Part shown: in pieces, positions 35,372 through 45,050 of the stretch
Layout of the letters: each line of letters opens with the position of its first letter
Position numbering within the stretch: position 1 is the stretch's first letter
Assembly: GCA_021159335.1 (NCBI GenBank)
Contig: JAGGRZ010000085.1
Span: 1 to 59,674, forward strand
Direction of reading: 5' to 3'
DNA length: 59,674 bases
DNA from: a bacterium
GTDB lineage: Bacteria > UBP14 > UBA6098 > B30-G16
Position numbers and translations under genes: made by a program
The notes under the pieces: model-generated
What the model was told of the DNA's origin: nothing
Seen by the model: the letters and a program-made list of their open reading frames with translations, nothing else
Database searches by the model: none

Positions 35372-36423
35372 TTTTTCCTCCCGGCTCTCGCCTTTTCAGT
35401 GCCGAAAACTCTCGGTCTGGTATGCCTGTCTATTATCGGAACCGTGAGGTTCATAAGCAAAATTGAGTAGCATACACCCTCAGGATAACCGCCCCATTTT
35501 CTTATTACTACCGTAAGAATGCCGGCACCGATGCCGAAGATCCAGCGCCCGCGAGGTGTTACCGGCGATGTAACCATGTCAGTCGCCATGAAGAAAGCTC
35601 CAAGCATAAGCCCACCGCTGAAAATATAGAACAAAACATTCATCTTAAAAAGCCCCTCAGGGCTCCCTATAATCCATCCCAAAAGGGCTGCCGTGCCTAT
35701 GTATGCGACCGGTATCCTCCAATCGGCGAATTTACGGAGTATAAGATATATCCCGCCAAGAATGATAAGCAATGCCGATGTTTCTCCAAGGACACCGCCG
35801 ACATTGCCGAAGAAAAGGTTTGGGACTACACCATAGAGCTTTCCAAGAACCGCTTTTGCCTGTTCGACTTCAGCGGGGTTAGTTGAATGAATCTTCTGAC
35901 CGACGAAAACTTTCAGGACATTAAGCGGAGTCGCACCGGTAATAGCGTCTATATTTGTTGGGAATCCCGGAATCGCGCCACCTTTAGGAGCCACCCAAGC
36001 AGTAGTCATCTGAACAGGCCAGCTCGCCATAAGAAATGTTCTGCCAACTAATGCAGGGTTCACGGGGTTATTTCCCAGTCCGCCGAAAATCATTTTCCCG
36101 AAAACTATCCCGAATGCTGCACCCACAAAAGGCATCCAGATGGGCACACCAGGGGGGAGATTGAACGCAAGAAGCATTCCAGTTATTACAGCGCTTCCAT
36201 CATCTATGGAAACCCTTTTCCCGCTTAGTTTCTGGATCAGGGCTTCAAACAAAACTGCTCCAAGAATACCGCTTAAGGTAAGCCAAACGGCTCTGGGACC
36301 GAAAAAATACACTGAAGCGGCAAATATAGGAAGCATAGCGAGAACAACATTCCACATTATAACCTTAACCGAAACATCGGATCTTATGTGCGGCGACGAA
36401 GAGACTATCAGCTTCTCGCTCAA
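35368..36423 (-). CDS. rnfD: Rnf electron-transport complex subunit D
   Basis: SSSPHIRS N-terminus and FFMATDMVTSPVT FMN-attachment motif; polytopic, 351 aa. It is the first gene of the cluster, with no rnfC upstream. Confidence 0.9.
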   Translation of the reverse strand: MSEKLIVSSSPHIRSDVSVKVIMWNVVLAMLPIFAASVYFFGPRAVWLTLSGILGAVLFEALIQKLSGKRVSIDDGSAVITGMLLAFNLPPGVPIWMPFVGAAFGIVFGKMIFGGLGNNPVNPALVGRTFLMASWPVQMTTAWVAPKGGAIPGFPTNIDAITGATPLNVLKVFVGQKIHSTNPAEVEQAKAVLGKLYGVVPNLFFGNVGGVLGETSALLIILGGIYLILRKFADWRIPVAYIGTAALLGWIIGSPEGLFKMNVLFYIFSGGLMLGAFFMATDMVTSPVTPRGRWIFGIGAGILTVVIRKWGGYPEGVCYSILLMNLTVPIIDRHTRPRVFGTEKARAGRKK

Positions 36424-36525
36424 TTTCCCTCCTCAGCCTTAATAAAAATTGGAAAAAATATAAATTAACACTTTTTTGATGCAAGAATTTTTTTGTGGAT
36501 TTAAAATAATTTATTTTAAAAAAGT

Positions 36526-37251
36526 ATGGCATCGTATCAGGAATACACACTCAGGTCAAGCATTGCGCCCAAAAGGTGGGTTCACAAAAAGCGTTTCAAA
36601 CAGGCGATAAAGCTTCTCGAGCTGAAGCCGGACGACACACTGCTTGATTATGGGTGTGGTGGGGGATACCTTCTCGAGCTCGCCGGAAAAATTGTCCCAC
36701 CAGACCGGCTCTACGGATTCGACCCATCGGAATCGATGCGGAAACTTGCCACAGAAAATCTGGCTGGCAAAACCAAAATATTTGCCAATGTTGACGAGTT
36801 AAGAGGAATGAAATTCACCAAAATAGCATGTCTCGAAACTCTGGAACATCTTCCTGATGAACTACTCCACGAAGCACTAAACACGATAAGTAACCTTCTT
36901 GCCGAGAACGGAAAAGTTCTCATAAGCGTTCCGGTTGAGATAGGACTTTCTGCGGTCGTTAAAAACACATTTCGCGCCGTCTTCGGAAACCTCAGGCATC
37001 TTACACTAAAAACATTCACAAGAACCGCGCTTGGTCTGCCCTGTGAACGGGAAACGCCTCAGGATTTCGATGGACTTCCTTTCATATATTCGCACATATG
37101 TTTTGATTACAGGCGATTTGAGAAAATACTTTCGGAGGTTTTCAAAATCAAAAAGAAAGTTTTCTCGCCTGTGCCAGCGTTAGGTCCGGTTTTAAATAAT
37201 ATCGTGTTTTTTGTTTGTGAGAAACCAAACATGCATTCAAATTCGCAATAA
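36526..37251 (+). CDS. Class I SAM-dependent methyltransferase
   Basis: Motif I LLDYGCGGGYLLE and post-I/II spacing typical of the Methyltransf_11/23 type; 241 aa. Confidence 0.8.
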   Translation: MASYQEYTLRSSIAPKRWVHKKRFKQAIKLLELKPDDTLLDYGCGGGYLLELAGKIVPPDRLYGFDPSESMRKLATENLAGKTKIFANVDELRGMKFTKIACLETLEHLPDELLHEALNTISNLLAENGKVLISVPVEIGLSAVVKNTFRAVFGNLRHLTLKTFTRTALGLPCERETPQDFDGLPFIYSHICFDYRRFEKILSEVFKIKKKVFSPVPALGPVLNNIVFFVCEKPNMHSNSQ

Positions 37252-37329
37252 TACACCCTATTTTCCTTTTGCAAAAAAAGCTTTATTGCTTATCTATTGA
37301 TTAACTGCGGCAAAAACGGAGGTCTGCTG

Positions 37330-39240
37330 ATGGCGAAATTCTATGTTACCACACCTATTTACTATGTTAACGACCGCCCCCACATAGGCCACACATACAC
37401 CACAGTCCTTGCGGATGTTATCGCACGATACAGAAAGCTTATGGGTGATGATGTCTTCTTCCTAACGGGGACTGATGAGCACGGACAAAAGGTTGCGCAG
37501 GCTGCCAAGAAATCGGGAATATCCCCCAAAGAACACTGCGACATGTATTCAAAAAGGTTCAAAGACCTATGGAAACGACTCGACATAGAATTCGATTACT
37601 TTGTAAGAACTACTGACCCCCAGCACGAGGAAGTCGTCAAGAAAGCGTTGCAATACATTTACGATAAAGGCGACATATACAAAGACAAGTATGTTGGCTG
37701 GTATTGCGTGCACGACGAGCGCTTCTGGACTGAGAAAGACTTGGTAGGTGGGAAATGTCCCGAATGCGGTCGAGATGTGGTCAAAATTGAGGAGGAAAAT
37801 TACTTCTTCAGAATGTCCAAGTACCAAAATTGGCTTATCGAATACATTGAGTCCCACAAAGAATTTGTCCAGCCGGATTTCAGGCGAAACGAGGTTCTTG
37901 GATTCCTGCGAAAACCCCTAAACGACCTTTGCATATCACGCCCCAAAAAGAGATTATCGTGGGGTGTTGAGTTACCATTCGATACCGATTATGTTACATA
38001 TGTCTGGGTCGATGCGCTCCTCAACTATGTTTCCGCTGTAGGTCTGTACTTTGACCCAGCAAAATTTGAGAAATGGTGGCCCGCCGACATCCATCTTATA
38101 GGAAAAGACATTCTAACCACTCACGCAGTATATTGGCCCATAATACTTCATGCTCTCGACCTTGAACTCCCGAAAACTATTTTCGCACACGGCTGGTGGC
38201 TCGTATCAGAGCAAAAAATGGGCAAATCACTTGGCAACGCCGTCGACCCGTATGCATTAATTGAACACATAGGTGTTGATCAACTCCGATACTACCTGAT
38301 GCGCGATATGGTTCTTGGGCAGGATGCCTCGTATACACTTGATGGGCTCGTTTCGCGACTTAACAATGACCTATCAAATGACTTGGGGAATATTCTGTCC
38401 CGGGTTACCAATATGATCGTTTCCTACTGTGATGGGAAATTGCCCCACTCTGGAAGCATAACTCTACCGCAGACAAACGAGTTCCTCGAAAAAATCTCGA
38501 ATCTTTCAGATGATGTGAGCCAGAAAATAACCAAGCTTAAAATTCACGCAGCCCTCGAATCAGTTAACGCAGCGATGAGAGCAACCAACCGATACATCGA
38601 GGACACTCAGCCGTGGAAATTAGCTAAAAGCGGTGAGCAGGAAAAACTTAACGAAGTGCTATTCCAATCAACGCAAGTACTCGCGAAGGCCGGGATACTT
38701 CTTTATCCAGTAATGCCCCGAAAATGCCGTACACTTCTTGATGCGCTCGGATTCGACGGTGAAATAAGCATAAACGAAGCTAAAAAAGATGTTCTAATAA
38801 AGCCCGGCACAACCATTACAAAGCCCAAAGCCCTCTTCCCAAAGATTGACCTTACCAAACTTTCCGAGGCACTCGGGGTAACGGAGGTACCGGAGAAAAA
38901 AGAAGCGAAAAAAGAGGAACAAATAACGATAAACGACTTCGCTAAAATCGAGCTCAAAGTCGGGAAAATAGTCTCAGCAAGAAAAGCTCCCAATGCTGAG
39001 AAGCTCCTTTTGCTTGATGTTGACCTTGGAGACGAAAAACGCCAACTCGTAGCCGGAATCGCGAAATGGTACACGCCGGAAGAATTGGTCGGCAAAAACA
39101 TAGTGGTTCTAACAAACCTCAAGCCCGCAGTCATACGAGGCTTTGAAAGCCAGGGAATGCTTCTTGCCGCCGACGACGGTGAAAATGTTGTCCTTATAAC
39201 AACTGACAAACCAATAGCCCCTGGCAGCAAAATAAGATAG
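37330..39240 (+). CDS. metG: Methionine--tRNA ligase with C-terminal tRNA-binding (Trbp111/EMAP-like) domain
   Basis: PIYYVNDRPHIGH (HIGH), KMGKSLGN (KMSKS), a Zn knuckle (CVHDE..CPECG) and C-terminal FAKIELKVGKIVSA..AEKLLLLDVDLG. ATG 37330 is preceded by a GGAGGT SD, whereas the ORF-track start at 37297 lies upstream of that SD. Confidence 0.95.
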   Translation: MAKFYVTTPIYYVNDRPHIGHTYTTVLADVIARYRKLMGDDVFFLTGTDEHGQKVAQAAKKSGISPKEHCDMYSKRFKDLWKRLDIEFDYFVRTTDPQHEEVVKKALQYIYDKGDIYKDKYVGWYCVHDERFWTEKDLVGGKCPECGRDVVKIEEENYFFRMSKYQNWLIEYIESHKEFVQPDFRRNEVLGFLRKPLNDLCISRPKKRLSWGVELPFDTDYVTYVWVDALLNYVSAVGLYFDPAKFEKWWPADIHLIGKDILTTHAVYWPIILHALDLELPKTIFAHGWWLVSEQKMGKSLGNAVDPYALIEHIGVDQLRYYLMRDMVLGQDASYTLDGLVSRLNNDLSNDLGNILSRVTNMIVSYCDGKLPHSGSITLPQTNEFLEKISNLSDDVSQKITKLKIHAALESVNAAMRATNRYIEDTQPWKLAKSGEQEKLNEVLFQSTQVLAKAGILLYPVMPRKCRTLLDALGFDGEISINEAKKDVLIKPGTTITKPKALFPKIDLTKLSEALGVTEVPEKKEAKKEEQITINDFAKIELKVGKIVSARKAPNAEKLLLLDVDLGDEKRQLVAGIAKWYTPEELVGKNIVVLTNLKPAVIRGFESQGMLLAADDGENVVLITTDKPIAPGSKIR

Positions 39241-39243
39241 ACC

Positions 39244-40353
39244 ATGGCTTATGTTGCTTTCGGCAAAGTAGAAGACTACGACGAAGAAAAAATCCTTAGT
39301 GTCATAGAAAAACTCTTCAGCCTTACCGGTATCGACAGGAATTTCAAACCAGGTGAAAGGATTCTCCTCAAGCCCAATGTCCTTGCCCCACGAAAAGCGG
39401 AAATGGGTATAACAACTAATCCGAAATTTGTGTCAGCTACAGTAAAATTCCTGCGAACACTCGGTTTGGAGGTTATAGTTTCCGATTCGCCGGGTGGTGC
39501 CGGAACCAAGTCAATGTTCGCAATGAAGGAAACAGGTATTTACGACGCAGCAGTTAATGCTGGAGCAAAAGTAGTGCCGATAGAGAAATTCGGCATAAAA
39601 ACATTCAAAAGCGACGGCGGCGCAAAAATCCATATATCGAAAATTATTGATGAGGTTGATGGCATTGTAAATTTGCCCAAACTTAAAACCCACTCATTAA
39701 CACTGCTTACCCTTGCCGTAAAAAACTGTTACGGCCTTGTGCCCGGTTTTATGAAAACCCGCTACCATTTTTACTACCCGACCCCACGAAAATTCTCGTG
39801 GCTCCTTGCAGAGATTTACGAACGAGTTCGAGACAAAATCCGAGCAGTAATACTGGACGGTATTGTCGCTATGGAAGGTAATGGTCCGTCAGCGGGCGAT
39901 TTGCGCAAACTTGGCATAGTCGGGTTCTCGGACGACTGCGCAGCCATCGACGACGCGCTCGAAAAGCTGCTGGGGCAGGACAAACCATCGCCAGTAATAA
40001 AAGAACTGAAAAAACGAAAATTAGTTCCCGCTTACAAAGTGTCATGGCTCAACGGCCAGGAAACAAAAATCCACGATTTCGCCATACCAAGCAACTGGAA
40101 AATGCGCCTCATACCATCATTCCTGGGAACACTGGCTAATCGTCTCATACAAATTTATCCTGTAGTTGACGAAAGCCTTTGCACCGGTTGCGGGGAATGC
40201 GCAAGCTCTTGCCCCGCTAATGCGATAAACATCTCCTCAAACGGGCTGCCAAAGTTCGACTATAAAAGATGCATAAGATGCCTTTGCTGTCATGAAATTT
40301 GCCCAAGCAAGGCTATAAAACTTAAAAGAACATTTCTAACCCGATTCGTATGA
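39244..40353 (+). CDS. DUF362 domain protein with C-terminal 2x[4Fe-4S] ferredoxin module
   Basis: GERILLKPNVL..ITTNP..VIVSDSPGG pattern of DUF362, with C-terminal CTGCGECASSCP and CIRCLCCHEICP motifs. It starts 3 nt after metG. Confidence 0.75.
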   Translation: MAYVAFGKVEDYDEEKILSVIEKLFSLTGIDRNFKPGERILLKPNVLAPRKAEMGITTNPKFVSATVKFLRTLGLEVIVSDSPGGAGTKSMFAMKETGIYDAAVNAGAKVVPIEKFGIKTFKSDGGAKIHISKIIDEVDGIVNLPKLKTHSLTLLTLAVKNCYGLVPGFMKTRYHFYYPTPRKFSWLLAEIYERVRDKIRAVILDGIVAMEGNGPSAGDLRKLGIVGFSDDCAAIDDALEKLLGQDKPSPVIKELKKRKLVPAYKVSWLNGQETKIHDFAIPSNWKMRLIPSFLGTLANRLIQIYPVVDESLCTGCGECASSCPANAINISSNGLPKFDYKRCIRCLCCHEICPSKAIKLKRTFLTRFV

Positions 40354-41681
40354 AAGTTCTCGATCGATACATAATAAAAAACCTTTTTCCACCGTTTTTA
40401 GGAGCGCTGGGAGTGGTGCTCTTCGTGCTGGTAATGGACTTCCTCCTGGATATCCTCAATCTCATTATAGCCAAAGGTGTTCCAGTCTGGGCAGTCGGCA
40501 AACTTTTTCTCTACAATCTCGCATGGATGCTATCGCTTGCTATACCCATGGCGTCCCTCGTGGCATCACTTATGGCATACGGCAGAATGAGCGAGGATAG
40601 GGAGATAGTCGCGGCACGAAGCAGTGGAATATCGTTCCCCCGAATGATGATGCCGGGATTGCTTATCATGGTTCTGCTATCAGCCATAATGGTCATCTTC
40701 AACGATAAGGTTGTCCCTGAATACAACTATAAAGCCAAACAGATGATGGTTCAGATCCACAGAAAGAAGCCGCTTGCCGCTATCCGACCAAGAGTTTTTA
40801 TAGATGAGTTCCCCGGAATAGTGCTCTATGTCGGCGACATGGATGATAAGAAAAAAATTCTTTATGATGTTTTGATATTCGAGAAGAAACGCGGCGCAAA
40901 ATCGAGAACAATAGTTGCACCAAAGGGCAAGGTAAGATACAATCCTGAAGCGGATGAGATTAGTTTCACACTTTACGGCGGACAAATTCATGAACTTGAC
41001 CCACAAGACCCGAGCCGATACATAAGAATCGATTTCGACGAGGAGACCATAGTAATAAGCGAGTTAGGCACAAAACTTGGTGAGGAAGCAAGAACATTCA
41101 GGGGCGACAGGGAACTAAACATAGCAATGATAAAGGAAAAGATACGCTCGTATCGTGCGAGAATAGACTCCGCCTTATTCTCATTAAGACAAATCGCCGC
41201 ATCGGCAATAGACTCCCTCTGGGTGCCACGGACCTATAGAGGCAAACCAGGCGCCTCACCAACGCGGAGAGCACTGCTCCGCGAAAGAAGACGAGCAGGA
41301 TTAATAAGGCGACAAATATATGTAATAAAACAGTCGGAACGGAGAATAAACAAACTTACGGTAGAGGTGCACAAGAAGTATGCGCTCGCTCTGGCGTGCA
41401 TATTTTTCTTTCTCGTTAGTGCACCACTCGGCGCACTAATTCGACGCGGTGGTCTTGGCGTCGCAGTAGGACTTGCATTCGGCTTCTTCCTAACATACTG
41501 GGCGTTTCTTATAGGTGGCGAGGAACTCGCGGACAGAGGAATAGTAAACCCCATAATAGCAATGTGGAGCGGAAACATCGTTATGGGTATCATAGCAGTA
41601 ATATCAATGCTTAAAATAATCTACGGAACCCTGCCTAATCCGATACGAACATTGAAAACTCTCCTAAGACATCGCGAATAA
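40350..41681 (+). CDS. LptF/LptG (YjgP/YjgQ) family LPS export permease
   Basis: MKVLDRYIIKNLFPPFLGAL N-terminus, three TM helices, a large periplasmic insert and three further TM helices. It overlaps the DUF362 stop (ATGA). Confidence 0.8.
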   Translation: MKVLDRYIIKNLFPPFLGALGVVLFVLVMDFLLDILNLIIAKGVPVWAVGKLFLYNLAWMLSLAIPMASLVASLMAYGRMSEDREIVAARSSGISFPRMMMPGLLIMVLLSAIMVIFNDKVVPEYNYKAKQMMVQIHRKKPLAAIRPRVFIDEFPGIVLYVGDMDDKKKILYDVLIFEKKRGAKSRTIVAPKGKVRYNPEADEISFTLYGGQIHELDPQDPSRYIRIDFDEETIVISELGTKLGEEARTFRGDRELNIAMIKEKIRSYRARIDSALFSLRQIAASAIDSLWVPRTYRGKPGASPTRRALLRERRRAGLIRRQIYVIKQSERRINKLTVEVHKKYALALACIFFFLVSAPLGALIRRGGLGVAVGLAFGFFLTYWAFLIGGEELADRGIVNPIIAMWSGNIVMGIIAVISMLKIIYGTLPNPIRTLKTLLRHRE

Positions 41682-41711
41682 CAAGTTGTCCCATCTCAGT
41701 GTTCCACCGCA

Positions 41712-44700
41712 TTATTCTTCCTCGTCCTCAACGCCGAGCATCTTTTTCATACCCGCACGCGCTTTTACGGACACTCGCTCAAATATAGCGTATGTAGCAG
41801 GCAAAACGAGCAATGTCAAAGCAGTAGCAGTTATAAGCCCGCCTATAGTCGCTATAGCCATGGGGGCTCGCATCTCGTGCCCCTCGGTCCGCATCAAAGC
41901 CATAGGTAGCATCCCGAAAATCGTAGTTAGTGCAGTAATAAGTATCGGTCGCAGGCGTAGCGTCCCAGCCTCAATAATAGCGGAGTACATGTCCATCCCT
42001 TTACGCCTCAACTGATTTATGAAATCAACGAGAACTATACCGTTATTAACTACTATCCCCACAAGTATCATTATTCCGAGAAGCGAGGGCATGGAGAACT
42101 TCTGTCCAGTAATGAAAAATGCCCACAAAACACCGATAAAAGCCATGGGCTGAGTGAACATTATAACAAATGGATGAAGGAACGACTCGAACTGCGAAGC
42201 CATAACCATGTAAACTAAAAGAAGTGCGACTATTAACGCTATTCCAATGTCCTTAAACATTTTTCTCATTTGGTCCGCAGCTCCGCCTATAGAATATGAA
42301 TACTCAGACGGCCAAATCGCTGATTTCTTAAGCTGGCGCATTAGCTTTTCGACCCTTGATGTGGCGGTATTAAGGTCAACGCCACGCACAGAAGCACTTA
42401 CACTTACTTTGCGCTGCCTTTCTTCACGTTCTATTTTAGTCGGTCCTACAGTTTCCTCTATGTGAGCGACTTGAGATAAAGGAACGATAACACCCTGCCT
42501 GTTCATAACAGGGAGCGTAAGAATACCGCCAAGGTCAACTCTCTGAGTAGAATCGAGGCTGACGGTTATGTCTATAAGGTCACCTTTGTAGTTAAACCTT
42601 CCAGCAAGACTACCTACAGTATATATTTTTACCGCATTAGCGACATCTGACACTGTAAACCCGTAATGTGCTGCTTTCTCACGATCAACTACTATGCGAT
42701 ACTCAGGGCGTCCTTTCTTTATCGAGATGTCAACATCAGTTATACCGTCGATTTTCTTCATTTCAGATGCAACTTTATCGGCGAGTTCTAAAAGTTTATC
42801 CATATCTGGACCGTGAATTTTAACCTCGATATCACCGAGTTGTCCACCTAATGCCTGAGCGCTCATCTCAGACTCCACAAACCGCGCACCCTTGAGCACA
42901 GGGAAGCTTTTTCTGATTTTATCCATTATTACTTCAGGGTCCTTCTGCCTTTGCTTGAGCCTTTTGAATCTCAGATAAAGCCTCCCTGCATTCGGACCCA
43001 TTTCTTCTCCGATCGCACTAATGTCAGAGCCCGCAGAAGCAGAACCAACAAGATAACCGTATAAGAGCACATCTGGGTCTGTTTTAACGGGCTCAAGAAT
43101 TTGTTCAGCAATGTTTTTAGTTTCCTCTAATGGGGTTCCAGGCGGCATGTAAAATTGCGCTTGCCCAAATTCACCCGAGAATTTAGGCACGAATTCGCCT
43201 CCGATAAACGGAATCAAAGAAAGAGACAGCACAAAAATCGCCAAAGTCCCAAGGAATGTGGCCCATTTGTGTTTTACGGTCCAGCTTACCCACTTTCTAT
43301 ACCTATCCCTCACTTTGGTCATCCATTTTCCCGCAGCCATTATGTCACGCCGCTCACGCTTGAATATTTGTGCAGCTATAACAGGAACAAGAGTTAGCGC
43401 CACGAAAAGCGAAGCAAGAAGCGAGAAAATAATGGTTACCGCAAGCCCTTTCGCAAGTTTCCCCACTATGCTTCTTATGAAAAGAACGGGAAAGAAAACA
43501 GCAATCGTGGTAAGCGTTGAGGCAGTTATAGCCATACTAACCTGCGTTGCACCCTGAGATGCTGCCTTAAATCTACCTTTGCCTTCCTCGATAAGACGAT
43601 AAATATTTTCGATAACCACGACAGCGTTATCCACAAGCATCCCTACTCCAAGAGCGAGCCCTCCGAGAGTCATCAAATTAAGCGTATAGCCCGAAAAGTA
43701 GAGCGCGATGAATGTGGCGAGTATGGAAATTGGTATAGCGAGCGATATAGCAAGAGTCGGACGCCAAGAGCGAAGGAATATAAATATTAAAATTATCGCC
43801 AGTATTCCCCCAACAATAGCATTTGATGTAGTCCTCGATGTTACTCTTTTTATTACACGAGACATGTCGAACATCATCGCAATGTCCACATCCTCGGGAA
43901 GAATATTTTTGAGATTTTTTATCTCACGGTTGACCCGGTCCATCATCTTGACGGTGTTCGCTCCCGACTCCTTGGTTATCATTATCCATATCGCGTCCTT
44001 ATCGTTGACCTTATTTTCTACACGCTCGCTCTTGTAGTCTATCTCAATTTTCGCGACATCGCACAGCCTTATGGGTTTGTAATTTTTGCTAATGCCCACG
44101 ACCACATTTTTTATCTGGTCGAGCGATGTGTATTCACCGTAGGTTCTTAGAAGGTATTCCTTATTTTGCTTCACCAAATACCCTGCAGGAAGATTCATAT
44201 TATTGAATGCTACTGCCATTATAACCTGCTGAGGATTGATTCCGAGCGCTGTTATCTTGGCTTTATCAAGAATTATCTTGACCTCTTTCTCTTTTCCGCC
44301 CAAAATACTCACACCAGCAACACCCTCAAGCCTTTGCAATCGCTGTTTTACCACATCTTCGGCTATTTTGCGCAATCTTTCTGGCTCCCCCGTGCCCGTA
44401 AGGACAAATGCTGCGGCTGGTATCATGGAAACATCGAACTTGAAAACCAGCGGGTCCTTGGCATCTGAAGGTAAATATTGCTTGTAAAGGCTAATCTGGT
44501 CCCTCATGTCCTGAGCTGCAAAGTCAAGATTCGTGCCCCATTCGAATTCAACCATAATTATTGAGTAGCCTTCCCGCGAAATCGACTTCACTGACTTTAC
44601 ATTTCTTATAGTCCCCATTATCTGTTCAAGGGGGTCGGTTATCATTTGCTCAACATCCTCGGGGGCTGCCCCTTCCCAGCGTGTGATAACTGATATGGTC

Positions 44701-44828
44701 GGAAAGTTTATATCGGGCAGGAGTTCAAGACCCATATTATAAAGCGAAAACCCACCCAAAACCACTATAATGCCGATAAGCATTATAACCGTTACCGGTC
44801 TTTTTACCGAAAATTCAGGTAGCGACAT
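41712..44828 (-). CDS. RND (AcrB/HAE1-type) efflux transporter permease
   Basis: MSLPEFSVKRPVTVIMLIGIIVVLGG.. N-terminus; 12-TM/two-porter-domain organisation of ~1040 aa. ATG 44828 is directly preceded by a GAGGAGG SD. No adaptor or outer-membrane factor gene is adjacent. Confidence 0.92.
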   Translation of the reverse strand: MSLPEFSVKRPVTVIMLIGIIVVLGGFSLYNMGLELLPDINFPTISVITRWEGAAPEDVEQMITDPLEQIMGTIRNVKSVKSISREGYSIIMVEFEWGTNLDFAAQDMRDQISLYKQYLPSDAKDPLVFKFDVSMIPAAAFVLTGTGEPERLRKIAEDVVKQRLQRLEGVAGVSILGGKEKEVKIILDKAKITALGINPQQVIMAVAFNNMNLPAGYLVKQNKEYLLRTYGEYTSLDQIKNVVVGISKNYKPIRLCDVAKIEIDYKSERVENKVNDKDAIWIMITKESGANTVKMMDRVNREIKNLKNILPEDVDIAMMFDMSRVIKRVTSRTTSNAIVGGILAIILIFIFLRSWRPTLAISLAIPISILATFIALYFSGYTLNLMTLGGLALGVGMLVDNAVVVIENIYRLIEEGKGRFKAASQGATQVSMAITASTLTTIAVFFPVLFIRSIVGKLAKGLAVTIIFSLLASLFVALTLVPVIAAQIFKRERRDIMAAGKWMTKVRDRYRKWVSWTVKHKWATFLGTLAIFVLSLSLIPFIGGEFVPKFSGEFGQAQFYMPPGTPLEETKNIAEQILEPVKTDPDVLLYGYLVGSASAGSDISAIGEEMGPNAGRLYLRFKRLKQRQKDPEVIMDKIRKSFPVLKGARFVESEMSAQALGGQLGDIEVKIHGPDMDKLLELADKVASEMKKIDGITDVDISIKKGRPEYRIVVDREKAAHYGFTVSDVANAVKIYTVGSLAGRFNYKGDLIDITVSLDSTQRVDLGGILTLPVMNRQGVIVPLSQVAHIEETVGPTKIEREERQRKVSVSASVRGVDLNTATSRVEKLMRQLKKSAIWPSEYSYSIGGAADQMRKMFKDIGIALIVALLLVYMVMASQFESFLHPFVIMFTQPMAFIGVLWAFFITGQKFSMPSLLGIMILVGIVVNNGIVLVDFINQLRRKGMDMYSAIIEAGTLRLRPILITALTTIFGMLPMALMRTEGHEMRAPMAIATIGGLITATALTLLVLPATYAIFERVSVKARAGMKKMLGVEDEEE

Positions 44829-44850
44829 TTTTCCTCCTCTCAAATCAATC

Positions 44851-44883
44851 TGACCGTTTATTTAGTTAGTGACCGTATGGTCA
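44851..44883. promoter_or_regulatory. Possible operator upstream of the RND pump: TGACCGT half-site plus inverted repeat TGACCGTATGGTCA
   Basis: TGACCGT at 44851-44857 and the palindrome TGACC-GTAT-GGTCA at 44870-44883, lying 23-55 nt upstream of the RND start in the divergent intergenic region. No regulator gene is nearby. Confidence 0.3.
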
Positions 44884-45050
44884 GTTGTAAAGGTTAACGA
44901 GGATTTGAAGGTTGTCAAGAGATTTTTATTAAAAACACAAATTTTGTTGAACGATTGACAATAACAACATTCTTATTAAGTATTTTTCCCTTGCTGAAGC
45001 CAATATCAGGGTTATTTATAATTAGAAACTAACATGATTTGGGAGGAAAA

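Noticed and set aside
36365-36550. 61-aa minus-strand ORF in the rnfD / methyltransferase divergent region
   Set aside because: It overlaps the 5' ends of both flanking genes and the AT-rich promoter zone. It has no SD or motif.
38703-39245. 180-aa minus-strand ORF
   Set aside because: It is antisense to the C-terminal tRNA-binding domain of metG. It is a Ser/Phe-rich shadow ORF with no family resemblance.
41686-42015. 109-aa plus-strand ORF after the lptF/G-like gene
   Set aside because: It is antisense to the 3' end of the RND permease gene and shows no motif.
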